In this document: in pieces, positions 12,290 through 26,090 of the stretch
Layout of the letters: each line of letters begins with the position of its first letter
Numbering within the stretch: the first letter of the stretch is position 1
Assembly: GCA_038087875.1 (NCBI GenBank)
Contig: CM075994.1
Location: 2,978,001 to 3,042,000 of the forward strand
Reading direction: 5' to 3'
Origin: Malacoraja senta
Taxonomy: Eukaryota
Length of the DNA: 64,000 bases
Made by a program: the position numbers and the translations under genes
Notes under the pieces: model-generated
What the model was told of the DNA's origin: nothing
The model's database searches: none
What the model saw: the letters and a program-made list of their open reading frames with translations, nothing else

Positions 12290-13110
12290 ACGGTTCAAAG
12301 TTTCATTTATTGTCACATACACCAATTGCTGTAGTGAAATTCAAGTTGGCATTGGAGCACATTAATGAGAATACAACATAACATTTTAAATAAATTTAAC
12401 ATAAAACATAAAAACATCCCCCCCACAATGGTTCCCACTGTGGTGGAAGGCACAAAGTCCAGTCCCCTCCCCTTTTCCACCCATAGTCGGACCTATTGAG
12501 GCCACCGCAGTCGCCGCTACGGGGCCCGAAGTTTCAGGCCCTTCTCGCGGGGCGATGGTGCGCTGGCGTCGGGAGAACTCTCTCAGCGGCTTGGGATGCT
12601 TGGAACGGCCATTTCCTTACCGGAGACCACGGCTTCCGAAGCCAACTGGACGGAGCTTCATCACTGGCGATCTCGGCGAGAGATCCCAGGCTCCCGATGT
12701 TAAAATCATCGCCGCCGCCCGCGGCTGGCCGCTCCACAGACCCGCAGCTCCGCGATGTTCATCGGCGGGCTCAGCTCTCCGGAGCTCCATGGCGGCGAAC
12801 CGGGCAAGGCATCGCTCGCTCCGCTCCGCGATGGCGCTCCAGCGCTGTGCCGCCGCCGAAGCCGTGGTTCTGGCCGGTCCCGTCAGGAAACGCCGCTCCG
12901 GACCTCGATGGTCGGCCGCGAGGACGGGTCGAAGTTGCTGCTCGGAGGAAAGCTGCCTCTCCGACCAGATAGGGACTAAGAAATACAGTTTCCACCCCCC
13001 ACTAAAAAAAAGAATATACCTCCAAACAAAACACTGTTTAACATACTAAAATGTTTTAAAAAAATGAAAGGCCGGACAGCTGCAGGCATGGCAGCCATAC
13101 CCAAAGGGAC
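12290..13110 (-). mobile_element. GC-rich non-autonomous retroposon with Rex1/Babar-like 3' tail
   Basis: Minus-strand tail gtgacaataaa; body related to 16298-16990, 20187-20995 and 50530-51003. Confidence 0.55.
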
Positions 13111-13129
13111 GTAGCCCCCTCACTCAGGA

Positions 13130-14045
13130 AGATGTGCTATGGCTGCTGAAGAGCAAAAAGGTGGATACATATCCTGGACCTGCTAGCATATATCCTAGGT
13201 TATTGCGAAAGTTAAAGGAGCAGATTGTGGAGCTTTGACTAATTCCGTTGCGTCTTCGTTAGCGATAGACGGGTTCCCGGAGGACTGGAATTATCTAATC
13301 TCGTTCCTTTGAAAGTTGAATGTAGTGAAAATTCGGGGAATTATATGCCAGAGGGTCTCATGTAGGTGGTTGGGAAGTTATTGGAGAGGATTTTTCGAGA
13401 TAGGATTTATACCAATTTAGAACATAATGTGATAACTGGGGTGAAGGAACTTGGCGTTGTACAAAGTTGATCGAGTTTTCTCAGAAGGTGCGGAAGGTGG
13501 CTGACGAGAGTCGGGATATCGATATCGCCTACATGATATTAGGAAGGAGTTTGATAACGTCCGCCTTGTAAGCCTGATCCAGAAGTTTAGCATGTACTGG
13601 AGTAACAGTAATTGGTCGGATAGATTTAGAACTGGCTGACTGATAGAACATAGAGTGTAGTGGTGGAAGAAAAATATTCAGGGTGGAAGTTTGTGAACAG
13701 TAGATTTCCACAACGAACTCTGTTGTATGCAATGCACATTGGGATATATATCAACTGCAGAAATGGGTGAGAAATGGCAGATGGAGTTTAATCCGAGCAA
13801 GTGGGATGTACAGCACTTTGGGAGGATAAATATAAGGGGAATTTAAGCAATTAATGGTATGAGTCGAAAGAGTATGGGTGTGCAGAGTAAACTTGGAGTC
13901 CAAACCTACAACTCCTTGAAAGTCGCAACATGTGTAGGCAAAGTGGCAATGAAGCCCTATGGTATGCTTGCTTTCATAGATCGACGAACTGGGTATAAGA
14001 CTTAACAGGTTACAATGCAGCTTTATGGAAATTCTGTTCGGGCGC
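13130..14045 (+). mobile_element. Old, degenerate CR1 ORF2 fragment
   Basis: Eroded similarity to the RT region, e.g. tggcagatggagtttaatcc and ggtatgcttgctttcatag. Confidence 0.65.
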
Positions 14046-14202
14046 ATGAAGAGCCCGAACATAATTTGACCAAATTGTGGTGAAATATCTCTGCCAGATT
14101 TTTATATCAGCACTCTCCAGAATGTGCATTAAAAGAGCAATTTCAACGGAGAATATTTAATAATGAATATTTCATAATGTATTAATTACCTTTGTTTTCC
14201 AG

Positions 14203-14220
14203 CCGAAGCACTTAGCGTAG
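14203..14220 (+). CDS. Candidate 18-nt micro-exon (A)EALSV
   Basis: tttgttttccag|CCGAAGCACTTAGCGTAG|gtaaga. Confidence 0.6.
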   Translation, partial: PKHLA

Positions 14221-15092
14221 GTAAGATATGTGCACAGATAATGTAGAATGAAATAAGCAACTATTTCCATCGGATTTCTTCCCAATGGAAAATTAGCAGG
14301 GCACCTCAAATGTTTATTTGAAATCCGACGTGATTAAGATTTGTGCAATCGCAGTGATGATGTGCACCCTGGAACATTGCCCTTCAATTATTTTCTCATT
14401 TTGATATAATCAACAAATTCTAACTTGGACTGAGAAGAAGGAGAACTCCAGATCTGGTACGTGCAATTAGGGGATTATGGTAATTGAAATAGATAAGAGA
14501 AAAATAATGAAAGTTCTCCCAATACACAGGAATCAGTTTCCAGTAAGAAAAGGGGCACACATTGGTGTGAGCACGAAAACATTTACATAACTTTACTTTT
14601 TATCTGAAGTATGGAAACCTTCCGTGTACTGATTTGTCAGTGAGTAAAACACGGTATACCAATGGATTAGTAAAACAAATAATGTTGGGCCACGCGAGGA
14701 TTCTTCCTCATACCGTTTTGCTGGCACTACCACGATATGGTGCAGACAGTAAGTTAGGGCCATGCGGAAGCTAATGACTGTCACGAATATTCCTAATTCC
14801 GCCCTGCTATGCAGAGGTGCGTTTTTTTGCAAGTATTGAACTGCTAAGTCGCGTACGACCATCAGTTGTTCATGTATTCACACACAAATGTTTTATTCAG
14901 AGAATTAATATGTTTTCCCTGCACGACCGGCGATATTTATCAGAGAGCTGTTCGTAAAGGATATGGAAATAGTTTTATCGAGGGACATTCGATTTCATAC
15001 AGCTACTCCATGTTGGGAAATTAATCGGCGTCGATATTTTTTGTTCAGTTCCTTTGTGGCAATAATAGCCTGTCACGTTTATCATATTGCAG

Positions 15093-15119
15093 AAAATGAA
15101 GCACTTCAAATAAAACTAG
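15093..15119 (+). CDS. Candidate 27-nt micro-exon (E)NEALQIKL
   Basis: catattgcag|AAAATGAAGCACTTCAAATAAAACTAG|gtaaga. Confidence 0.65.
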
Positions 15120-15127
15120 GTAAGACA

Positions 15128-16185
15128 AACATAGAACATAGAAACATAGGAAAATAGGTACAGGAATAGGCCATTCGGCCCTTCGAGTCTGCACCGCCAT
15201 TCAATATGATCATGACTGGTCATCCAACTCAGTATCCTGTACCTGCCTTCTCTCCATACCCCCTGATCCCTTTAGCCACAAGGGCCACATCTAACTCCCT
15301 CTTAAATATAGCCAATGAACTGGCCTCAACTACCTTTTGTGGCAGAGAATTCCACAGATTCACCACTCTCTGTGTAAAAAATGATTCTATCATCTCGGTC
15401 CTAAAAGACTTCCCCCTTATCCTTAAACTGTGACCCCTTGTTCTGGACTTCCCCAACAGGGAATAATCTTCCTGCATCTAACCTGTCCAACCCCTTAAGA
15501 ATTTTGTAAGTTTCTATAAGATCCCCCCTCAATCTTCTAAATTCTAGCGAGTACAAGCCGAGTCTATCCAGTCTTTCTTCATATGAAAGTCCTGCAATCC
15601 CAGGAATCAGTCTGGTGAACCTTCTCTGTACCTTTTGTGGCAGAGAATTCCACAGATTCACCACTCTCTGTGTTAAAATGAATTTCACATCTCGGTCCTA
15701 AAAGAATTCCCCCTTATCCTTAAACTGTGACCACTTGTTCTGGACTTCCCCAACATCGGGGAGAATCTTCCTGCATTTAGCCTGTCCAAACCCTTAAGAA
15801 TTGTGTAAGTTTCTATAAGATCCCCACTTAATCTTCTAAATTCTAGCGAGTACAAGCCGAGTCTATCCAGTCTTCCTTCATATGAAAGCCCTGCCCTCCC
15901 AGGAATCAGTCTGGTGAACCTTCTCTGTACTCCCTCTATGGCAAGAATGTATTTCCTCAGATTAGGGGACCAAAACTGTACGCAATACTCCAGGTGTGGT
16001 CTCACCAAGACCCTGTACGACTGCTTTAGAACCTCCCTGCTCTTATACACAAATCATTTTGCTATGAATGCTAACATACCATTCGCTTTCTTCGCTGCCT
16101 GCTGCACCTGCATGCCTACTTTCAATGACTGATGTACCATGACACCCAGGTCTCGTTGTATCTCCCCTTTTCCTAAGCGGCCACC
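15128..16185 (-). mobile_element. 5'-truncated CR1 with internal ~300-bp tandem duplication
   Basis: RT C-terminus HLEYCVQFWSP and LYSLEFRRL, the latter occurring twice (15331-15629 resembles 15630-15928); tail at 15128. Confidence 0.9.
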
Positions 16186-16297
16186 AAAGCTGATAGAAAA
16201 ATGATGCAGCCAAGTCCCTTGATATGATGCGCTCAGCCTTTGAGTCAAAAGGACTCTTGGAATCGGTCGAACTCAGGCAAACATAATTATGATAATT

Positions 16298-16990
16298 AAA
16301 GGTTTCAATTGTATTTTATTGTCACATGTACCAACTAAGGTACAGTGATATGGGAAATAGAATACTGCCATAAGAACAAAAACGTGACAACACCCACAAC
16401 TACATAAAAGTTAATATAAACGTCCACCACAACGGATTCCACATTCCTCACTGTGATGGAAGGCAAATAAGCTCAATCATTTTCCTTCTGCCGCGGTCGG
16501 GGCGATCGAAGCTCCCGCAGCCAGCAGTCGAATCGTTCCAAGCTCCAGCGTCGGGGTGGTCGAAGCTCCTGTGGCATGCCGTTCCCGGGGTCGGTATATG
16601 ACCTGAGACCGTGAACTCCGTGATGTTAAGTCCGCAAGCACCCATGGTTAGAGCTCCATGGTCGAACCCGAGCAAATGGATCGCGGGCTCCGCGATGTTA
16701 AATTCCCGTAGGTATCCGCTGTGGAGCTCTCAAAGGTCGGTATCCAGCAAAGACAGCCAACTCCTCGATGATAGGCCGCAGCGTGGACGGAGAAACGATA
16801 CGGGAAAAATCGTTCTCCGTCTAAGAAAGACACTAGAAAACGATTACCCAACCCACCCACCCCTCAGCCCCTCCCTCACCTCCACTTAAAACAAGCTAAA
16901 GCACACTAAAACGTACATTTTGTCTCAGACTATTAAAATTCAAAGAAAGAAGAGACAGACAGACTGGTGGTGAGACAGCCATTGCTGACA
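16298..16990 (-). mobile_element. GC-rich non-autonomous retroposon with Rex1/Babar-like tail
   Basis: ttttattgtcaca tail and the ccttccatcacagtgagga core on the minus strand, shared with 20187-20995. Confidence 0.55.
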
Positions 16991-16997
16991 TCCACAG

Positions 16998-17021
16998 AAA
17001 ACAGAGTCTGTCAAATTCATA
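16998..17021 (+). CDS. Candidate 24-nt micro-exon (E)NRVCQIH
   Basis: catccacag|AAAACAGAGTCTGTCAAATTCATA|gtgagg; only 59 nt from the next candidate. Confidence 0.35.
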
Positions 17022-17080
17022 GTGAGGTAACTGGCATGTTATTCAGTTCCCGATCAAATCATATTTCCCTTGTTCTAAAG

Positions 17081-17101
17081 ACAATGGAGACACTGATTGT
17101 G
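17081..17101 (+). CDS. Candidate 21-nt micro-exon (D)NGDTDC
   Basis: ttcccttgttctaaag|ACAATGGAGACACTGATTGTG|gtaatt. Confidence 0.5.
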
Positions 17102-17517
17102 GTAATTATATTTAACGTTCCTTAAGACGTGGTCTCTTTAATGGGAAGGCCATTCATATATTGATAAAATAGATATTCAGTCGTTAGCTGTTCATGGCAT
17201 TAAAGTACAAACTGTCCATTATAAGTTTACACAAGTCCTTGGTTACGTTGAACAACATTACTATCCACGCGTTTATCGTTGTCAGAACGTTTCATGTTTG
17301 ACTTTTGATAGCAAAACAAATTGTGCTGAATTAGGACAGCATCAATTATGCAAGAGAGGATCGCGCTAAATAAAATACTGGTAAAACAGGAAATTACCAT
17401 AAAGACGTTGAGAATTTTGGAAGGCTAATATTTTCTGTAAACGGTTTAAATCAGTTCAAACAAAATTGCACAATATTCTACGAGTTAATTATCGATACCC
17501 TCTGTCTATTTCATCAG

Positions 17518-17541
17518 CGGAAAAAGCAATGGAAATAAAAG
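17518..17541 (+). CDS. Candidate 24-nt micro-exon (A)EKAMEIK
   Basis: ctatttcatcag|CGGAAAAAGCAATGGAAATAAAAG|gtacga. Confidence 0.6.
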
Positions 17542-18158
17542 GTACGATTGCACAAAACGTTAACATTTTATCATACTATGGCGAATTCTCCAGCACACCT
17601 GTCAGAGGCCAGCAGATGTTACCAAAATGTTTTCCAATCAATTGATATATAGGTAATTTGTGATATCTGCACCTTTTACAGTCCCATCGTAAACGAACAG
17701 TGCTTTCATTCAAGCAAATTACATTCGTGTTTGAATACGTGAGAAACAAATCTATGTCCGGCTGATGTAGAATATTAGAGTCATTGAACGTTATAACTAT
17801 TTTAAAAACAAATTAAACTATAACTTTCCAACGTGCATTCATTAGAAAGTATGTGGGTCGGTTTGTTCAAATGTTCAGAATGTGCGCATGTGCGATGGTT
17901 TGTTACATTCGCGCCAGTGCTTCGAGACTACTCACCACAACAAGGCAAGGTTAATATGATTGCCCACCATAATTGGCATTGTATTTTTGCATGGTTTCAA
18001 ATCCGTTAGATCTAAAATAGAGGCGAAAATGTGAATAGTTACAGCAAGAAGAGAGAAAATATTGTTATATTTGTGGCCCATACTGTGACTCTCTGGCTAG
18101 TAAATATCGTGAATTTGACGTTGGAAAAGAAAATGAGAAAACTGTAAACATATGTTAT

Positions 18159-19197
<1,039 letters not shown>

Positions 19198-19802
19198 TAA
19201 ACAATAAACAGCTAGTTTGGACAGACAATTGGATATTGAAAATCTCGGCTATGCCCCAGATTTTACGAATTGCTTTCATTCATTACTGCATGCTCTAACA
19301 TTGGTTCAGAGGTTGCACATGAGCAATACGTAATCATATTCGAACACAAAACATGAAAAATGCTGATATCTTTGTAGTTAAACAAGGGGAGGTAGGCGTT
19401 ACAAACTGTAATGAATTGTAACACATACAGACGTTAAGCATATTCTTAAACACACACTTAAAAGTTATATTTTGTCGAAACCGATATGCGCGAGATCACT
19501 GAGCTACAGAACTCTTAACATTCTGCTTAGCATAATTTTGTGCACTTCACATACATATCCTATCATTTTAAATCCATTATTTGCTCAGTTCAATTTTGAA
19601 ATGGTCACAAACTAAATTGAATTGATATCCATTGTGCTTTCCTTCACTGTCTGAGGAAGTTCGATGTGTAAGTTTGTTTTTGGGTTATTGACGTTAAAAA
19701 TGATATGCCGCTCAATCCACTTAATTGCGATGTTGGTGCTAGATGCTCGTGACTCTCATAATCCATTTCATCAATGATTATCATCAAGATATTAGGTTAA
19801 TA

Positions 19803-19920
19803 CTTAAGAAGGGTCTCGACCCGAAACGTTCATTCGTTCCATAGCTGCTGCCTCAGCCGTTGAGTTTCTCCAGCATTTTTTTCTACCTTCGATTTTTCCA
19901 GCATCTGCAATTCTTTCTTA
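19803..19920 (+). mobile_element. Penelope-like short repeat with mutated hammerhead core
   Basis: cttaagaagggtctcgacccgaaacgtt...gagtttctccagcattttt. Confidence 0.7.
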
Positions 19921-20186
19921 ATCAATAATTTTAGATTAGTGCGATTACTTTTATAAAATAGTTCTAAATGGGTACGTCGGATAGCCCTTAAATAAAATGC
20001 AGAACGGCGAAGAAGATGAGGACGATGGCGATTCCGCTAAAGCTCATGCCTTCAATGCAAATCTGGCTTTGATTCATAAAGAATAACGAGGTGAGAAATT
20101 AGTTGTCCTCGCGTCGTATAGGCTTCAATAAAGCCGATTTAAATTATAATCCCTGATATGTATTAACCCTATTACCCCAATATTTC

Positions 20187-20995
20187 CGGAAGTGGCGGCG
20201 CTGCCCTGCAGCTGCGGCTCGCCTGCGGTCCGTTTGTCTTTTCTGTTTTTTGGTTTTCTTTGTCCTGTTGATTTAGTTGTGTATGTGTGTGGGGGAGTGA
20301 ATAAACTTGTTTTTAGTCTCCTCCTTCGGGGGGATGCGAACTTTTCTTGTCGTATCCCCCATCTCCGTCTCGGTCTGCGCTGAGGCCTAATCGCTGAGCT
20401 GGCGGCCTCCAACTGGGACCGACCTCGAGGCTCCGAAGGCAGAGCCAGGACTTACCAATGCGGGGCTGGCCGACTTCGGGGCTGTGGTGGCGTTGCGGCA
20501 GCAGCGATCCTACTTCGGAGCTTCGGAGGCTCGGCCGCGGGCCCAGTGGACTCCGCCGGGGGCCCAGTGGATAACAACGTTGGGAGCTCGCGGGTCCGAG
20601 GTTGGTGATCGGTTGTCGGAGCTTCCGCAACAACAGCTTCGTCCGCTGGACTGGAGGGTGGCAGCATCGTCCGCCCCGGGACGCGGAGTTTGAACCGGCC
20701 CTTTCGCGGAGCTCGGAAAGGCCGCGGGTCATACCATTACCCGGCGGGGTCACAACTTCGGAAGTCTGGATCGCCTCAACGCAGAGGGAGAACAAGGGGG
20801 GAAGAAACAAGGACTGTAAGACATTTGACTTCCATCACAGTGAGGAGGTGCATGGTAGACTCACAGTGGTGGATGTTAAATCTGTGTTCATTATGTGTTT
20901 TGTTATTTTATTCTATGTTATGACTGCAAGGCACGAGATTTCGTTCAGACTGAAAAGTCTGAATGACAATAAAGGATACTTGACTTTGACTTTGA
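20187..20995 (+). mobile_element. GC-rich non-autonomous retroposon with Rex1/Babar-like tail
   Basis: Starts cggaagtggcggcgctgcc; ends tgacaataaagga(tttgac)n, similar to the tail of 61085-61636. Confidence 0.6.
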
Positions 20996-21002
20996 ATTTC
21001 AG

Positions 21003-21026
21003 AGCTCAAGACGCAAAAGAAGTACG
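21003..21026 (+). CDS. Candidate 24-nt micro-exon (E)LKTQKKY
   Basis: ttgaatttcag|AGCTCAAGACGCAAAAGAAGTACG|gtaaga; resembles the exon at 61698. Confidence 0.6.
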
Positions 21027-21713
21027 GTAAGACCAATGCCACTAAGACCACAAAAATAGGTTGATAAATATTTACTTCAGCTTACATACACATTTGAAAT
21101 TACCCTATGCCTCAGATGTGGAAGGCGTGCGCGTTTTTTCAATATTTCACGCTGACGTTTTGCCATACGCCTTCATACTACTTTAATCGACCACATAAGT
21201 AAGAGGGAAAAATAATGTTGTGGTTCAGGTTTTAAATTTGTCATGATGGCAAGTTGTCAGCAAGGAAGAACAAATAACATGCGATTGCATTATAATAGAG
21301 CTAGAAAATAAGTGCGGGGAACATTCCTTTTTCGCTCTGATTTGCAGATGAAGCATAATTGGCGTCTGTAATTTAACTTAGCATTGTGGCACTTGAATGT
21401 CATCATGGTTTTTGTTCACTCTGATTTGAAGAACTGTAAAAATTCCTATTTTATGAATCTCACTCTTCTGATATTATCACATCTACATTACACTGTTGAT
21501 TCAAAATGAAATTGGAAAGATGATTATTTCTACTTCCACTTTGCTCGACGCATTGTATTTGCCATGTTAATGATCAAAATACAATGAACATAAAAACAAG
21601 AGTGAAAGCGAACGATCATCATACGCCCAATAATGTTGATGCTTTGTTTGTAACTTAACGTTTATGTGAATACTTGTGTTTACCTATTGACCAATTTCGA
21701 ATTGTTTCCTCAG

Positions 21714-21722
21714 GAGTCGACG
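21714..21722 (+). CDS. Candidate 9-nt micro-exon (G)VD
   Basis: attgtttcctcag|GAGTCGACG|gtaagg. Confidence 0.45.
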
Positions 21723-21904
21723 GTAAGGCCGACAACGAATTGTTCGGGTAAACCACAAATTTAGCTGCTTCATATTTTTTCCAGCTTGTGAATTTGAAGA
21801 TAAACTGGAGCCCATACTAAATGAAACACATTGAGCTAACTATTGCACGTGCAAGTAAAGCGGGACAGTATAGCCTCGTGCCGTGAAACTGATGTACATG
21901 GGAT

Positions 21905-24900
21905 AGAAACATAGAAACATAGAAAATAGGTGCAGGAGTAGGCCATTCGCCCCTTCGAGCCTGCACCGCCATTCAATATGATCATGGCTGATCATCCAAC
22001 TCAGTATCCTGTAGCTGCCTTCTCTCCATAACCCCTCATCCCTTTAGCCACAAGGGCCACATCTAACTCCATCTTAAATATAGCCAATCAACTGGCCTCA
22101 ACTACCTTCAGTGGTGGAGAATTCCAGAGATTTACCACTCTCTGTGGGAAAAATGTTTTTCTCATCTCGGTCCTAAAAGATTCCCCCCTTATCCTTAAAC
22201 TGTGACCCCCTTGTCCTGGACTTCCCCAACATCGGGAACAATCTTCCTGCATCTAGCCTGTCCAACCCCTTAAGAATTTTGTAAGTTTCTCTAGGATCCC
22301 CCCTCAATCTTCCAAATTCTAGCGAGTACAAGCCGAGTCTATCCAGTCTTTCTTCTTATGAAAGTCCTGACATCCCAAGAATCAGTCTGTTGAACCTTAT
22401 CTGTACTCCCTCTATGGCAAGAATGTCTTTCCTCAGATTTGGAGACCAAAACTGTACGCAATACTCCAGTTGTGGTCTCACCAAGGCCCTGTAAACTGCA
22501 GTAGAAACTCCCTGCTCATTTACTCAAATCCTTTTGCTATGAATGCTAACATACCATTCGCTTTCTTCACTGCCTGCTGCACCTGCATGCCTACTTTCAA
22601 TGACTGGTGTACCCTGACAACCAGCTCTCGTTGCATCGCCCCTTTTCCTAATCGGCCAGCATTCAGATAATAGACTACTTTCCTGCTTTTGCCACCAAAG
22701 TGGATAACCTCACATTAATCCACATTATATTGCATCTGCCATGCATTTGCCCACTCACCCAGCCTATCCAAGTGCCCTTGCAGCCTCCTAGCATCCTCCT
22801 CGTAGCTTACACATCCCCCAGCTTCGTGTCATCCGCAAACTTGGAGATGATGCATTCAATTCCCTCGTACAAATCATTAATATATATTGTAAATAGCTGG
22901 GGTCACAGCACTGAGCCTTGCGGTACCCCACTAGTCACTGCCTGCCATTCTGAAAATGACCCCTTTACTCCTACTCTTTGCTTCCTGTTTGCCAGCCAGT
23001 TCTCTATCCACATCAATACTGAACCCCCAATACGATGTATCTTAAGTTTGTATACAAATCTCTTATGTGGGACCTTGACGAAAGCCTTCTGAAAGTCCAG
23101 ATATAACGTCCTCGAAAAATTATATAAGATTCGTCAGACATGATTTACCTTTCGTAAATGCATGCTGACTTTGTCCAATGATTACACCACTTTGCAAATG
23201 TGCTTCTATCCCATCTTTAATAACTGACTCTAACAGTGTCCCCACTACCGATGTTAGACTAACTGGTTTGTAATTCCCCGGTTTTCCCTCTCCCCCTCTT
23301 TTTAAAAAGTGGGGTTGCATTAGCTACCCTCCAATCCTCAGGAACTATTCCAGAATATAAAGAGTTTTGAAAAATTATCACTAATGCATCCACTATTTCT
23401 GGGGCTACTTCCTTAAGTACTCTGGGATGCAGCCAATCTGGCCATGGTAATTTATCGGCCTTTAATCTATTCAATTTACCAAACACCATTTCCCGGCTAA
23501 CCTGGATTTCACTCAGTTCCTCCATCTCATTTTACCCGCGGTCACCTGCTATTTCCGGAAGATTATTTATGTCTTCCTAAGTGAAAACAGAACCAAAGTA
23601 GTTATTCAATTGGTCTGCCATCTCCTTGTTCCCCATGATCAATTCACCTGTTTCTGACTGCAAGACCTACATTCGTTTTAACTAAACGTTTTCTCTTCAC
23701 ATATCTATAACAACTTTTGCAGTCGGTTTTTATGTTCCCTGCCAGTTTTCTTTCATAATCTATTCCCCCCTTCCTAATTAAGCCCTTTGTCCTCCTCTGC
23801 TGGACTCTGAATTTCTCCCCGTCCTCTGGTAGGCTGCTTTTTCTGGCTAATTTTTATGCTTCCTATTTGTTTTGATACTATCCCTGATTTTCCGTGTTAT
23901 CCACGGATGCACTACCTTCCCATATTTATTCTTTTGCCATACTGGAATGAACAATTGTTGTAGTTCATCCATGCAGTTTTTAAATGCCTTCCATTGCATA
24001 TCCACCGTCAACCCTTTAAGAATCAATTGCCAGACTATCTTGGCCAATTCACGTCTCATACCCTCAACGTTACCTTTCTTTGAATTCAGAACCCTTGTTT
24101 CTGAATTAATTATGTCACTCTCCATCCTAATGAAGAATCAACCACATTATGGTCATTCTTGCCCAAGGGGGCACGCACAACAAGACAGCTAACTAACCAT
24201 TCCTCGTTACTCAATACCCAGTCTAGAATAGCCTGCTCTCTCGTTGGTTCCTCTACATGTTGGTTTAGAAAACTATGTCGCATACATTCCAATAAATCAT
24301 CTTCCTCAGCACCCCTGCCAATTTGATTCACCCAATCTATATGTAGATTGAAGTCAACCATTATAACTGTTTTACCTTTGTTGCACGCATTTCTAATTTC
24401 CTGTTTGATGCCATCCCCAACTCTACTACTACTGTTAGGTGGCCTGTACACAACACCCACTAGCGATTTCTGCCCCTTAGTGTTTCGCAGCTCTACCCAT
24501 ATCGATTCCACATCCTCCAATCTAATGTCCTTCCTTTCTATTGCGTTAATCTCCTCTCTAACCAGCAACGCTACCCCACCTCGTTTTCCTTCCTGTCTTC
24601 TACCCTGATTTTACACCCCTCTGTCTCTCTGCTCACACATTTAAGAAACCCACCACTTCTTATTCTCCGTTTATTATTTTGTTTTTCTTTCCACCCTACC
24701 TGTTGGGTCTGAGTGCTTCCATTCTATGCCTCCTGCCTCACACACTGTCTACTAGCTTTCTCTATTTGAGTCTCTCCCCCAAACCGTTCTAGTTTAAAGT
24801 CTCCCCAGTAGCCTTTGCAAATGTCCCCGCAATGATCTTGGTCCCCCTCGGGTTCAAGTGCAACACGCCCTTTTTGTACAGATCACACCTTCCCCAACAG

Positions 24901-26090
24901 AGGTCCCAATGATCCAGTAACTTGAATCCCTGCCCTCTGCACCTGTCCTTCAGCCACGCATTTATCCTCCACCTAGCTCCATTCCTACTCTCACTGTCGC
25001 GTGGCACAGGCAGTCATCATGAGATTGTTACCTTTGCGGTCCTGCTCCTTAACTCTCCTCCTAACACCCTAAATTCTCCTTTCAGGACCTCTTCTCTTTT
25101 TCTACCTATGTCATTGGTACCTATATGTACCACGACCTCGGGCTCCTCTCCCTCCCATTTCAGGGTATCTTGGACATGTTCAGACACATCTCAGACCCTG
25201 GCACTAGGGAAGCAAACTACCATCCGGGCCTCCTGACTGCGTCCAGAGAATCGCCTATCTGACCCCCTAAATATAGAGTCCCCTATTACTACTGCCCTCA
25301 TCTTTTCCTTACCCTTCTGAGCAACAGGGCCGGTATCTGTACCGAAGGCCCGTCCGCTGTTGCGTCCCCCAGGTAGGCTTTCCCCCCCAACAGTACTCAA
25401 ACAGGAGTACTTATTGCCAAGGTGTGCAGCCACCGGGGTACTCTCTAGTCCCTGCCTCGGCCCCTTGCCCTTCCTAACCGTGACACACTTCTCTGCCTCC
25501 TGTGATCTTGGAGTGAACACCTCTCTGTAATTCTTCTCTATGACCTCCTCGCTCTCCCTGACAGAACGGAGGTCATCGAGCTGCTGCTCCAGGTTCCTAA
25601 TACGGTCCCTTAGGAGCCCCATCTCAATGCACGTGGCGCAGATGTGGACGTCTGGATGGCTATCAGACCGCTTGACCTCCCACATCTGACATCCAGAACA
25701 GTAAACTGCCCTGGCCCTCATACTCCCCACTTACCCTGGATACAATACAAACTGCTGGAAGAAGGGATCTGACTCACAATCAGCTGCACCCTGTTGTCCG
25801 CTTCCACGAATCAGCGGCTTCCTCAAGCCCACTTGTTTTGAAATGCGAATGGAACGTTGGAACGTTACAGATATGGGTTCCTCCCTCTGCGACCGCTCCA
25901 ACGTCTCCTGGGCCTCTGTGACGCAAAGCCCCGCGACCGGGTTTTAAACTCACCGCTCGGACGTTACTCCGCCCAGTGTAACCGCTCCAACGGCTCCTGG
26001 GCCTCTGTAAAGCAAAGCCCCGCGATCGGGTTTTAAACTCACCGCTCGGACGTTACTCCTCCCACTGTAACCGCTCCCACGGCTCCTGGG
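21905..26090 (-). mobile_element. Near full-length decayed CR1 LINE with a different ORF1 type
   Basis: Tail at 21905; broken ORF2 at ~22000-24610; ORF1 at 25730-24789 (MRARAVYCSGCQMWEV, GDS, LHLN); ~89-bp tandem units at 25892, 25981 and 26070 at the 5' end. Confidence 0.9.

Noticed and set aside
12496..13049. Overlapping GC-rich ORFs (also around 20.1-21.0, 56.5-57.0 and 57.9-60.1 kb)
   Set aside because: Open in several frames on both strands because high GC suppresses stops; they lie within dispersed repeats and have no recognisable motifs.
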